Shown: piece by piece, positions 1 to 9,286 of the stretch
Numbering within the stretch: the first letter of the stretch is position 1
Layout of the letters: every line of letters starts with the position of its first letter
NCBI GenBank assembly: GCA_964291395.2
Contig: OZ219856.1
Coordinates: 2,016,001 to 2,080,000, forward strand
Length of the DNA: 64,000 bases
Direction of reading: 5' to 3'
Source: Alphaproteobacteria bacterium
Lineage (GTDB): Bacteria > Pseudomonadota > Alphaproteobacteria > UBA2966
Position numbers and translations under genes: made by a program
Notes under the pieces: generated by a model
What the model was told of the DNA's origin: nothing
What the model saw: the letters and a program-made list of their open reading frames with translations, nothing else
The model's database searches: none

Positions 1-1314
1 GACTCCTAACCTGATCAGCTCGTTGGCGACGGCCGTCGCCCGATCGAGAGAGATACGGAAGTTGACAAGCTTGTGCTGTTGGATCGGGAGATTCCTTGTC
101 CGGTGAGACGCGTGACCCACGACGCGTACAGTGCCCTGGCGCGCCCTAAAAGCCCCGGCCACGTCGAGGATGACCGCTTTCGCCTTGCCGTTCAACCGTG
201 CCGAGCCGTTGCCGAAGTGAACCGTAGCGGGATCGGAGGGCGCGGGCGCCAGCGACGAGCCCGATGCGGCGGTCGCCGCCGGGGCGACATCGGACCCCAC
301 CATCAAGGGTTCGTTATACGTCTCGCGCACGATGTCGGGAACCGAGGTTTGGGCCGGCGTCAGCGGCTCCGCGGACGGAGCACCGAACGACGTGCCGGCG
401 GGCGTCGTGGTGACCGTGCTCGCCGACTCGGCCAAAGCTCGAGCAAAAGCTTGGGCGAGGACCTCTTGTTCTGCCCCAACCGATGTGAGCGCCGCGACCT
501 CGAGTGTTGGTCGAGGCGCGGATTGGACCGGCGCGACCGGCGGCACGGGCTGCGGCGCCGCAGGCGTTGCACCCACCGTCCCGGTCATTCCCGGCGCTTG
601 CACGATGGACGACGCGCCCGTCGTAGCCACGCGGTCGGTCACGTCCCCCGCCAACGGTGTATAGGGCGCGCGTGTCTGCGATCCGCTCTCCGGCTCGACG
701 ATGGGGCGCGGCAAGGGTGCGGGTAAGGCAGCCTGTGCCCGAGGGACGGCGGACGGCGGTGGCGGTGGGACGGCGGCGGCCCGAGTCCTGGCTGTCGACC
801 GCAGGTCCAGCTTCGGTAGTCGCGCCTTGGCGACGCGCTGGGTACGAGCGGGCGGAGGTGTGACGGAATTGGGCGACACGACCGGTTGCGGCTTCAGTTC
901 GGATGCCACCGACTTGGGCATATCGCCTGCACGCAGAACCTGATCGGTGTAGCGGGCATTATCGCGATCGGCAACGAGTTCCTGGACCATCTGCTGGCGC
1001 TCCGCGCTCGAGGACGTCCGAGGCGCCCGCCGCGGGACACTCCCCAAGCTTGGAAAGCCTTTCGACTCGCTGGATGCGGTTTGGCCCCGCGCCTTCTGGA
1101 CCGCCTCGGCATCGTCAACCTCGGGGGGTGCGTCGCTACCGCCGCCGAACAGGCTCCCACCGACTATGGAGTCGTACCAAACAACGGGATTACCCCAATC
1201 GGGCACGAAGGAGCACGCAGACAGGCTCAATAAAGCACCCAGAGCCAGCACGGTCGCCGCGCGCCTCAAGGAGAGTTCGAGGAGTGGCTTCGTATTCGGT
1301 TCCAACCGTTTCAT
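1..1314 (-). CDS. OmpA-like (peptidoglycan-binding) domain lipoprotein with long Pro/Ala-rich linker; 3' end runs off the left edge
   Basis: Not in the ORF track because there is no stop in the window. Manual translation from ATG at 1314 gives MKRLEPN...ATVLALGALLSLSAC (lipobox). The same frame at the edge reads VRVVGHASHRT...VNFRISLDRATAVANELIRLGV, the OmpA_C-like G-H...N..LS..RA.AV pattern. Confidence 0.8.
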   Translation of the reverse strand, partial: MKRLEPNTKPLLELSLRRAATVLALGALLSLSACSFVPDWGNPVVWYDSIVGGSLFGGGSDAPPEVDDAEAVQKARGQTASSESKGFPSLGSVPRRAPRTSSSAERQQMVQELVADRDNARYTDQVLRAGDMPKSVASELKPQPVVSPNSVTPPPARTQRVAKARLPKLDLRSTARTRAAAVPPPPPSAVPRAQAALPAPLPRPIVEPESGSQTRAPYTPLAGDVTDRVATTGASSIVQAPGMTGTVGATPAAPQPVPPVAPVQSAPRPTLEVAALTSVGAEQEVLAQAFARALAESASTVTTTPAGTSFGAPSAEPLTPAQTSVPDIVRETYNEPLMVGSDVAPAATAASGSSLAPAPSDPATVHFGNGSARLNGKAKAVILDVAGAFRARQGTVRVVGHASHRTRNLPIQQHKLVNFRISLDRATAVANELIRLGV

Positions 1315-1489
1315 TCCTTGTGCTCCGAGTTGGCCTCTTCTTTCCCGGCAACGGCTTCCGCGGCAAATCGCCGCCCGCCCGCTACACGCCCATTATGCCT
1401 CATAGGCAACCGTTTGGCCGCCATCCCGTTTTCACCCGGTCTTCATCGTGCTGACCTTATGAAGGGGACTTATGACCAAAGGTTGACGT

Positions 1490-1537
1490 ACGCAATATAT
1501 TGTGGATCGTGATGTCTCAAATTACAAGATATGGTTG
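1490..1537. promoter_or_regulatory. Tandem NrdR-box-like operators
   Basis: acgCaAtATaTtGtgg (1490-1505) and ttaCaAgATaTgGttg (1522-1537) match the consensus acaCwAtATaTwGtg and start 32 bp apart. Confidence 0.55.
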
Positions 1538-1615
1538 ATCGTCAACCCTTGGTTACAATTCCGTTATGAAGCCTCCTTGACTCACTTGTCAAAAAGGCTT
1601 TGACACCGCGACGGA

Positions 1616-2173
1616 TCAGCTTCCAGTCAACCGCTCGCGATAGGTCCGGCCGAGCCGTGCATATTGCCGCGCTGCGTCCTCGATGTATTCGACCTCATCG
1701 GGCCGCAGTTCGCGCATCAGTTTGGCCGGGGATCCCGCCCACAGCTCGCCCGACGGGACCCGCCTGCCCGGCGTTACCAAGGCACCTGCGGCCACCATCG
1801 CGCCGCTCTCGACCACGGCACCGTCCATCACCGTGGCACGCATGCCGATATAGCTGCCGTCCTGCAGGGTGCAACCGTGGATGATCGCGCCGTGTCCGAT
1901 CGTGCAGCGGGATCCGATAAAGGTACCGTGGGTCCGCCGCGTCACATGCACGACGGACCCATCCTGGATGTTGGTGAGCTCGCCGACGCGTATGACGTTG
2001 ACGTCCCCACGAAGGGTGCAGCCATACCAGATGCTGCAGCCGCTGCCGATCTCGACGTCTCCGATGACCGTTGCCCCGTGGGCGACAAAGGCGTCCGGAG
2101 CAACCTCGGGCAGCGTCTCACGGAAGGGTAACAGCAGACCGCCGCCCAGATTGTTCGCGGTTTTGGTGGTCAC
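1616..2173 (-). CDS. Gamma-carbonic anhydrase family (YrdA/PaaY-like) hexapeptide-repeat protein
   Basis: VIGDVEIG...LRGDVN.I.VG..TNIQDG.VVH, IGHGAIIHGC, WAGSPAK. Confidence 0.92.
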   Translation of the reverse strand: MTTKTANNLGGGLLLPFRETLPEVAPDAFVAHGATVIGDVEIGSGCSIWYGCTLRGDVNVIRVGELTNIQDGSVVHVTRRTHGTFIGSRCTIGHGAIIHGCTLQDGSYIGMRATVMDGAVVESGAMVAAGALVTPGRRVPSGELWAGSPAKLMRELRPDEVEYIEDAARQYARLGRTYRERLTGS

Positions 2174-3300
2174 GGGAACATGGGCTCCTGCCTCAGCCCG
2201 GACGTCTCCTCAAGACCGTAGGCGACATTCATGTTCTGCACGGCCTGGCCGGAGCCGCCCTTGACGAGATTGTCGATTGCCGAGACCAGGATGGCTCTTC
2301 CCGGAACGCGGTCGGGAAAGACCCCGATCAGGCAATGGTTCGAGCCGCGCACGTGCCGTGTGGCCGGCACGACTCCCTCGCCGACCACGCGTACGAAGGG
2401 CTCATCCTCATAACGAGACCGGAGAATGGCACGCAGGTCGTCGGCGTCGTTTCCGCCCGTCATGTTCACGTATATCGTTGCCAGAATTCCCCGGTTCATG
2501 GGCACCAGATGGGGCGTGAAATTGAGCGTCACCAGTTCCCCCGCCGCCCTGGACACTTCCTGCTCGATCTCCGGCGCGTGGCGGTGACCGCCGATTCCGT
2601 AAGGGTGAACGCCCTCGGCCACCTCGGAGAAGAGCGTCGCCTCCTTGAGAGAGCGCCCCGCACCCGATACACCCGACTTGGCGTCGATGATGATGCCTTC
2701 CGACCCGATGACGCCGTTCTCGATCAGCGGCACGAGGGGTAGCAGGCTGGCGGTGGGATAGCAGCCGGGACACGCGATCAGGCGCGACCCGGTGAGCGCG
2801 TCGCGAGCGAATTCCGTCAGTCCGTAAACGGCTTCAGGTTGCAGGTGCGCCGCCAAGTGCTCATGACCGTACCACTGCGCATAGGTTCCGACGTCCGTCA
2901 GTCGGAAATCGGCCGACAAGTCGATGACCTTTACGTTCTTCGCCAGGCCGGCGGCGACACCTTGGCGCCCTCCCGCCACGAGCTCATCCACCATGTCGTG
3001 CCCAGTGGCGTGCAGCAGCTCCGCGATGACTTCCTGGGTGGTCCCATGGGGAAGCGTGCAGAACACGAGATCAACGTCGATTCCCGCCCATTCCACCTCG
3101 TCGATGTGCAGGAGATCGGGCAGGCCCAGGCCGCCGAGATGCGGAAACACATCGCCAAGCGGCCTGCCGGCATGACGATCCGCCGTCAACACGGTCAGTT
3201 CGACGTCCGTGTGATTGGCGAGCAGACGGACGAGTTCGGCACCGGTGTAGCCGCTCGCACCGAGAATGGCGACCCGCAGTTTGTCGGTCCCGCTCGTCAC
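2170..3300 (-). CDS. argC: N-acetyl-gamma-glutamyl-phosphate reductase
   Basis: GASGYTG, DLSADFRL, PGCYPT, SGVSGAGR, IDNLVKG. Confidence 0.97.
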   Translation of the reverse strand: MTSGTDKLRVAILGASGYTGAELVRLLANHTDVELTVLTADRHAGRPLGDVFPHLGGLGLPDLLHIDEVEWAGIDVDLVFCTLPHGTTQEVIAELLHATGHDMVDELVAGGRQGVAAGLAKNVKVIDLSADFRLTDVGTYAQWYGHEHLAAHLQPEAVYGLTEFARDALTGSRLIACPGCYPTASLLPLVPLIENGVIGSEGIIIDAKSGVSGAGRSLKEATLFSEVAEGVHPYGIGGHRHAPEIEQEVSRAAGELVTLNFTPHLVPMNRGILATIYVNMTGGNDADDLRAILRSRYEDEPFVRVVGEGVVPATRHVRGSNHCLIGVFPDRVPGRAILVSAIDNLVKGGSGQAVQNMNVAYGLEETSGLRQEPMFP

Positions 3301-3338
3301 TTCATGTTCTCCTCAACCGTCCGTCGGCAATTGCCGAC

Positions 3339-3366
3339 AAAAAAGGGCGCCCGTCAAGGCGCCCTT
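3339..3366 (-). terminator. Intrinsic terminator after rplM-rpsI
   Basis: Stem aagggcgcc/ggcgccctt with an A-run on the + strand (U-tract on the minus strand), just downstream of the rpsI stop. Confidence 0.75.
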
Positions 3367-3393
3367 GTCATTGGCGGTCTCCCGACCGAACGC

Positions 3394-3924
3394 CTAACGT
3401 TTCGAGAACTGGAAGCTGCGTCGTGCCTTGCGCTTACCGTACTTCTTGCGCTCGACGACGCGGGAATCGCGGGTCAGGAATCCGCCCGCCTTGAGGACCC
3501 CGCGCAGCGCAGGCTCGAAATTCGTCAGGGCGCGGCTCAATCCGTGGCGCACCGCGCCCGCCTGTCCGGAGAGTCCGCCGCCCTTGACGGTGCACCAGAT
3601 GTCGTACTGATCCAGGCGTCCGGCCGTGACGAGTGGCTGATTGATGATCATCCGAAGCACCGGCCGCGCAAAGTAGCGCGCCCCCTCGCGGCCATTGACG
3701 GTCAACGTGCCCCTGCCGGGCTTGATCCAGACCCGGGCAACCGCGTCCTTGCGCTTGCCCGTCGCGTAGGCGCGCCCCTGCGCATCGATCCGAGGTTCCG
3801 AAAGCGGGACCTCGTGAGCCTGCGCCGCGGGCGGGGCTCCCTCGCCGCTTTCGTCGCCCGCCCCGTCCACGACGGCATCACCGAGTTCCTTGAGATCCGT
3901 AATCGTTCGTTGCCCGTCCGACAT
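3394..3924 (-). CDS. rpsI: 30S ribosomal protein S9
   Basis: [45 protein letters not shown]. Confidence 0.99.
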   Translation of the reverse strand: MSDGQRTITDLKELGDAVVDGAGDESGEGAPPAAQAHEVPLSEPRIDAQGRAYATGKRKDAVARVWIKPGRGTLTVNGREGARYFARPVLRMIINQPLVTAGRLDQYDIWCTVKGGGLSGQAGAVRHGLSRALTNFEPALRGVLKAGGFLTRDSRVVERKKYGKRKARRSFQFSKR

Positions 3925-3926
3925 CG

Positions 3927-4391
3927 TCAGACCATCCTCTTGTTCTTGGGATTGAGCGCCGCGACGTCCAGAACCTCCGGTTTCTGCGCCTCATGCGGAT
4001 GTTCGGCACCGGCATAGACCCTCAAATTGCTCATCTGGACGCGGCCGAGCTTGTTCCGCGGCACCATGCGCTGGACAGCTTTGACGATGACCCGTTCCGG
4101 GTGCCGGCCGTCGAGCCAGTCCGAGGCCTGGCGGCTGCGGATGCCGCCGGGATACCCCGTGTGCCAGTAATAGGTCTTGTCCGTGCGTTTACGTCCCGTC
4201 AGCCGCACCTTCTCCGCGTTGATGACGATGACGTTGTCGCCGCAGTCGATATGGGGCGTATAGGTCGGCTTATGCTTCCCACGAAGGCGTGTCGCGATGA
4301 TCGACGCGAGCCGACCGAGAACAACGCCGTCGGCATCCACGACAATCCAATTCTTGTCCACGTCCGACGGTTTGGCGGAATAAGTCTTCAT
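3927..4391 (-). CDS. rplM: 50S ribosomal protein L13 (start corrected to MKTYSAK)
   Basis: [36 protein letters not shown]. Confidence 0.98.
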   Translation of the reverse strand: MKTYSAKPSDVDKNWIVVDADGVVLGRLASIIATRLRGKHKPTYTPHIDCGDNVIVINAEKVRLTGRKRTDKTYYWHTGYPGGIRSRQASDWLDGRHPERVIVKAVQRMVPRNKLGRVQMSNLRVYAGAEHPHEAQKPEVLDVAALNPKNKRMV

Positions 4392-4582
4392 CGTACCGGT
4401 CTTCGAACTATGACGATGCCTGCGCGGCGGCCCGGCAATGCAAAATACCGGCCGCGCGGCGGCGGAGTATGTCACACCCGCACACCAAGTCAACGGCTGA
4501 AACACCAAAATCACGGAAAATTCCGTCAGCAGATCAAAGGGTTAGATAGAGGTATTTTATTACCTCACAACAATCCGATTCT

Positions 4583-5014
4583 TCAATCGGTCGCGTCCGG
4601 AGGGATCGAGTACGTCGCGGTTACGTGCGCCACGGGCTCGGGGTCACCCTCGCTGTAGAGAGACACCTCCCCCACCGCCAGACGCTTGCCCAGTTTCAGG
4701 ATCTTTCCCTCGGCGATGATGTCCACCATCAAGGGCCGCCGCAGGAAATTGCAGGTCAAGTTCGTCGTGACGGCCAGCTCGACGGGACCGATCATTCCAG
4801 TCACGACGGCGTACATGGTCGCATCGGCGAGACCCATCAGCGCCGGTCCCGCCACCGTACCGCCGGGCCGCAAATGCTGTTCCTCGACCGGCAGCCGCAT
4901 GCGTGCGGTGCCGTAACCGATGTTCTCGACCCGGTATCCCATCAGCCCCGCGAACGGAAGCTTTTGGGTAGAGAGCGCTTTGAAATCTCCAATAGTGATC
5001 TTCGGTTCTGGCAA
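4583..5014 (-). CDS. PaaI family hotdog-fold thioesterase
   Basis: LRPGGTVAGPALMGLAD, AVTTNLTCNFLR, KLGKRLAVGEV. Confidence 0.88.
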   Translation of the reverse strand: MPEPKITIGDFKALSTQKLPFAGLMGYRVENIGYGTARMRLPVEEQHLRPGGTVAGPALMGLADATMYAVVTGMIGPVELAVTTNLTCNFLRRPLMVDIIAEGKILKLGKRLAVGEVSLYSEGDPEPVAHVTATYSIPPDATD

Positions 5015-5214
5015 GAGCGGAACCCTATCCCAACACCCGATCCCGGCCGGCAGTTGGTGCCGCGGACCGGCCTGGAGTTCACTTCCCCTAACAGGCCCAT
5101 GGCGCGCCGATCAAGGTCGTTGCCCACGACCGCACGCGACGTTGGCCGTGTCGGTGTCACCAAGCTATGATCGCACGAAATTCCTACCTCCTCGATGCAA
5201 CGACCAAGGCCGAG

Positions 5215-5739
5215 ATGGACCACGACAACTATCCGGATTCATTTTTGCGGCAGATTTTGCGCGACACCAAGACGATCGCCATGGTGGGTTCGAGCGACAA
5301 CTGGGTGCGGCCCAGCTATTTCGCTATGAAGTACCTGCAGTCCAAGGGTTATCGGGTGATCCCCGTCAACCCGAAGGCGGCGGGGAAGAAGATCCTCGGC
5401 GAGACGGTGTACGCCGGGCTCAAGGATGTGCCCGACAAGATCGACATGGTGGATGTATTCCGGAACTCGGAGGCCGCGGGCCCAATCACCGACGAGGCCA
5501 TCGAGGTCGGAGTCCCCGTCGTCTGGATGCAGCTCGGCGTCCGCAACGACGAAGCCGCCGCGCGGGCGGAGGCCGCTGGCCTCAAGGTCGTCATGGACCG
5601 CTGCCCCAAGATCGAGTACGGCCGCCTCAATGCCGAATTGAGCTGGAGCGGCATCAATTCGCGCGTCATCACCGCGAAGCGTACGAAAAAAGCCGGCAGT
5701 CCGGTCCGCCGCGGCGGCTTTTCCAGCCGGCGGCGCTGA
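5215..5739 (+). CDS. CoA-binding protein (YccU-like); likely start MDHDNY
   Basis: IAMVG.S....RPS, VIPVNP, DMVDVFR, WMQLGV, DRCPKIE; usual neighbour of OAH sulfhydrylase. Confidence 0.9.
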   Translation: MDHDNYPDSFLRQILRDTKTIAMVGSSDNWVRPSYFAMKYLQSKGYRVIPVNPKAAGKKILGETVYAGLKDVPDKIDMVDVFRNSEAAGPITDEAIEVGVPVVWMQLGVRNDEAAARAEAAGLKVVMDRCPKIEYGRLNAELSWSGINSRVITAKRTKKAGSPVRRGGFSSRRR

Positions 5740-5788
5740 GCCCTCCTTCGAGTTCAAGCGCCGCCACCAAACCTGAGGTCAGATTCCC

Positions 5789-7120
5789 ATGAGCGCGAAT
5801 CCCGAACATCCCGAAGAGGAACCGTCGGGCGAAGACGATCAGTCGCAGGATTACGGGTTCGAAACCCTCGCGATCCACGCCGGCGCGGCCCCCGACCCGA
5901 CGACAGGTGCGCGGACGACCCCGATCTATGCGACGGCCTCCTATGTCTTCGACGACGTCGATCACGCCGCGTCGCTCTACAACCTTCAGACCTTCGGCTT
6001 CCTTTATTCGCGCCTGACGAACCCAACGGTCTCGGTGCTGGAAGAGCGGCTGGCCGCCCTGGAGAATGGGCGCGGCGCGGTGGCCTGCGGCTCCGGTCAC
6101 GCCGCCCAGCTTCTGGTGTTTTCGACTCTGCTGCAGGCGGGCGATGAATTCGTGGCCGCGCGTAATCTCTACGGCGGCTCCATCACCCAGTTCAGTTACG
6201 TGTTCAAGAACTTCGGCTGGACCTGTCACTTCGTCGACCCGACGGACCCGGAGAACTTCCGCAAGGCGCTGACGCCCAGATGCAAAGCCATCTTCTGTGA
6301 GAACCTGGCCAACCCGGGCGGAATCATCGTCGATATCGAGAAGGTCGCCGACATCGCCCACGAGGCCGGCATTCCCCTCGTCGTCGACAACACCATCGCA
6401 ACGCCTTACCTCTGCAACCCCTTCGACTGGGGTGCCGACCTGATCACCCATTCGCTGACAAAGTACCTGTGCGGGCACGGCAATTCCCTGGGCGGGGCGG
6501 TCATCGAGTCAGGGAAATTCGACTGGGCCCAGAACGACAAGTTCCCGGCCCTGAGCCAGCCCACGGAATCCTATCACGGGATGACCTTCTACGAGACCTT
6601 TGGGGATTTCGGCTTCACCATGCACGCCCGTGCCGTGGGCCTCCGCGATCTCGGGCCAACGCTCTCGCCTTTCAACGCCTTCCTCATCATCACGGGTATC
6701 GAGACGCTGGGGCTCCGCATGGAGCGTCACGTCCAGAACGCCCGGGACGTGGCCGAATTCCTCGAAACCCACCCAAAGGTCGAGTGGGTTTCGTACGCCG
6801 GCCTGAAGTCGAGCGAGTTCTACGACCTCGCCCGGAAATACATGCCCAAAGGCCCGGGGGGCCTGTTCACGATCGGCCTCAAGGGCGGCTACGAGGCCGG
6901 CATCAGGATGGTCGAGGCCTGCGAGCTCTGCTCACACCTCGCCAACGTGGGTGATACGCGCACGCTGATCCTGCATCCGGCATCGACGACGCACCGTCAG
7001 CTTACCGAAGAACAGCAGCGCGCATCGGGATCGGGTCCCGAGGTGGTCCGGCTTTCCATCGGCCTGGAGACGGCCGCCGACATCATCCGGGATCTGGATC
7101 AGGCACTGGCGGCGGCGTAG
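5789..7120 (+). CDS. metY: O-acetylhomoserine aminocarboxypropyltransferase (PLP-dependent)
   Basis: YSRLTNPT, LYGGS, VDNT, HSLTKYLCGHG, HLANVGD, HPASTTHRQ. Confidence 0.93.
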   Translation: MSANPEHPEEEPSGEDDQSQDYGFETLAIHAGAAPDPTTGARTTPIYATASYVFDDVDHAASLYNLQTFGFLYSRLTNPTVSVLEERLAALENGRGAVACGSGHAAQLLVFSTLLQAGDEFVAARNLYGGSITQFSYVFKNFGWTCHFVDPTDPENFRKALTPRCKAIFCENLANPGGIIVDIEKVADIAHEAGIPLVVDNTIATPYLCNPFDWGADLITHSLTKYLCGHGNSLGGAVIESGKFDWAQNDKFPALSQPTESYHGMTFYETFGDFGFTMHARAVGLRDLGPTLSPFNAFLIITGIETLGLRMERHVQNARDVAEFLETHPKVEWVSYAGLKSSEFYDLARKYMPKGPGGLFTIGLKGGYEAGIRMVEACELCSHLANVGDTRTLILHPASTTHRQLTEEQQRASGSGPEVVRLSIGLETAADIIRDLDQALAAA

Positions 7121-7201
7121 TCCGTCGCGGCCGAGGCCCGCGGGCACCCTGCGAGAACTCAAGCCGGACGCGCGGCGTGGGGACCATCAACCACCCGTTC
7201 A

Positions 7202-8959
7202 TCACCGCAAAGCAGCAGCAGCCGGGGCGTTCACCTGGACGGTAACGATATCGACGTCATGATATTGCTGGTGGCGAACGGAAGACGCGAGGTGCCGAAG
7301 CAGCCGGAGGGAAACCTCGTGCTCGACCGGTGTCTCGTCGCCTCGGTCCCCGAGCAGCGCGAGCCGGTCCTGAATGTTCTCCCCCCTCGGTGCGATCGCA
7401 AACTCCAGCACCGCGCCGCCGTTTCCTCGATAGGCAACCAGTCGCAGGCGCCGATCGGATCCTTCTCGGCCTTCGTCCGATTTGATGAGGCTCAGCAAGG
7501 TCTCCTCAGCGACCGCGTCAAGGCGAGCCGCCATCCCGCCATCCCAACCGCCACGGGACGCGAACGAGCGGAGGAACTCCCCGATCTTGGGCAGAGCCGA
7601 GAGATCGAGTTCCGCCTCCATCCGGCTTCGGCGGGACTCGGTCATCTCCAGGAACAAGGTCATGAAGATGGCCGCCAACCCGCCGGAGGTCATCCCATTG
7701 GAGAGCAGGCCGCCCGCGAAACCGGATGCGAACTCCGGGAATATCATGCCGTTTTGGAACCCGACCCCAATCCAGAAAGCGACGCCGGCGATCAGACCCT
7801 TCCGGTGGTCGATTCCGTCCTGAAGCAGGACCTTGATGCCGACCAGGAAGAGCATCGCCATCAGTATGGCGAGGTAGCCCGCGACGACGGGGCCCGGTAT
7901 CGCGAGAACCACGGCCAGGGCCTTCGGAAGGAACGCCAGAAGGATGAATATCGCCCCGGTGGCGATTCCGACGCCGCGCGCCGCGACGCCCGTGAGCTCG
8001 ATCAGCGATGCGCTCACCGACAAAGCGGTGTTTGGCACGGTCCCGGCGAAACCGCACAGCAAGTTGCTGAGTCCGTCGACGTTCACCGCACCCTGCACCG
8101 CGCGGAAATCCACCGCGCGTCCCTGTCGCCACGATACGCTCTGAACGGCGACGCAGCTGCTGATCGAGCGCAGTGTCACGATCAACGTCACCAGCAGGAA
8201 TGCCGGGACAAGCGACCAGAAGGCCGGCCCGAACTCGAGATCGAGACCGGGCCATTCGACGCTCGGAACGCCGATCCAGGGAGCTTCGGCAACACGGTCC
8301 GTGTCGTAAAGTCCGAACAGCGCGGACACCAAGGAGCCGGCAACCACCCCGAAGACGGGAGCCCAGAGACGTAGCGCCCCCCCGGCCCTCAGCGCGATGC
8401 AGACGATGACGAGTACGGTGGCAACGGCGCTCAACGGCGCGACGTGCGCCGGGCTTCCGTCCGGCACCTCGGTCAGCATTCCAAACACGACCGGCATGGC
8501 CGTGACCGGCACCAACATGAGCACCGTTCCCGAAACGGTCGCGGTCAGGATCCGCCGGAACAGCGCGATCCGCGCGGACAGGACGAACTGGAACAGTGCC
8601 GAAATGACAATCAGGGTTGCGAGCAGCGCCGGGCCGCTTTTCTCCATGGCTTCGATGCAAAGCCAGATGAAGGCCACGGAGCTGCTCATTACGAGCACGT
8701 GGTTGCACCCGATCCGACCGTAACGCACCGCTTGCAGGGCGGTGGCCGCGCCGCAAACCGCGACCGCCGCGAACACCGCCCATGACAGGTAGGTTTCGCT
8801 CGCGCCCGCGGCCCGCATCACGACGGTGGGAATCAGGATCGGTAGGGCGACGGTCAGAACTGTGAGCTGCAGGCCGAGGCCGAGACCGAGCGCCACCGAA
8901 ACTCTTTCGTCGGGCTGGTAGCGGACTCCCCCGCCAGAAGTGGAGTCGTTTCCGCTCAT
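7202..8959 (-). CDS. NCS2 (xanthine/uracil permease)-fold membrane protein fused to a C-terminal degenerate RsbW/SpoIIAB-like HATPase domain; candidate sup-cluster permease
   Basis: YQPDER...LGLQ, multiple TM helices, DGLSNLLCGFAGTVPNT, LTGVAAR, PKALAVVLAIPGPV. The soluble C-terminal tail LSALPKIGEFLRSF...LDAVAEETL...SLRLLRHLASSVRH follows the HATPase_c_2 pattern. Confidence 0.8.
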   Translation of the reverse strand: MSGNDSTSGGGVRYQPDERVSVALGLGLGLQLTVLTVALPILIPTVVMRAAGASETYLSWAVFAAVAVCGAATALQAVRYGRIGCNHVLVMSSSVAFIWLCIEAMEKSGPALLATLIVISALFQFVLSARIALFRRILTATVSGTVLMLVPVTAMPVVFGMLTEVPDGSPAHVAPLSAVATVLVIVCIALRAGGALRLWAPVFGVVAGSLVSALFGLYDTDRVAEAPWIGVPSVEWPGLDLEFGPAFWSLVPAFLLVTLIVTLRSISSCVAVQSVSWRQGRAVDFRAVQGAVNVDGLSNLLCGFAGTVPNTALSVSASLIELTGVAARGVGIATGAIFILLAFLPKALAVVLAIPGPVVAGYLAILMAMLFLVGIKVLLQDGIDHRKGLIAGVAFWIGVGFQNGMIFPEFASGFAGGLLSNGMTSGGLAAIFMTLFLEMTESRRSRMEAELDLSALPKIGEFLRSFASRGGWDGGMAARLDAVAEETLLSLIKSDEGREGSDRRLRLVAYRGNGGAVLEFAIAPRGENIQDRLALLGDRGDETPVEHEVSLRLLRHLASSVRHQQYHDVDIVTVQVNAPAAAALR

Positions 8960-9286
8960 ACCGGGAGCGAGCCCCCGCGAGCGTTATCTACGCGGCCGAA
9001 AACGTGAGACTTCATCGCCTGACAACTTCAACAATAGTTGCTACAAATGGTGAAATTATCTTGCTATGCGGCCCTCAGGCGCGGCGTCCGTGGATATGAT
9101 AAACAGACCGGCACGCCGGCCGAAAAGGTGGGAACCTTTATCCTGCGCGAGGTTGTCGAAGACTGTCATGAGACGGCACGGCATGGGCTCGAACCCGGGA
9201 CATATTCGGTGCCGTCCCGCTGTCGCCCACCTCCTCAGCCGCGATCGGCTTCGGCGGTGAGTGCAGTGTCTTCGGAGGGTCAGCCG

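Noticed and set aside
73-1512. Plus-strand ORFs at the left edge
   Set aside because: Arg/Gly-rich shadows of the minus-strand OmpA-domain lipoprotein.
1486-1512. Possible dif site or oriC in the AT-rich gap
   Set aside because: No XerD arm (TTATGT...) at the correct spacing and only one weak DnaA-box-like match; NrdR boxes fit better.
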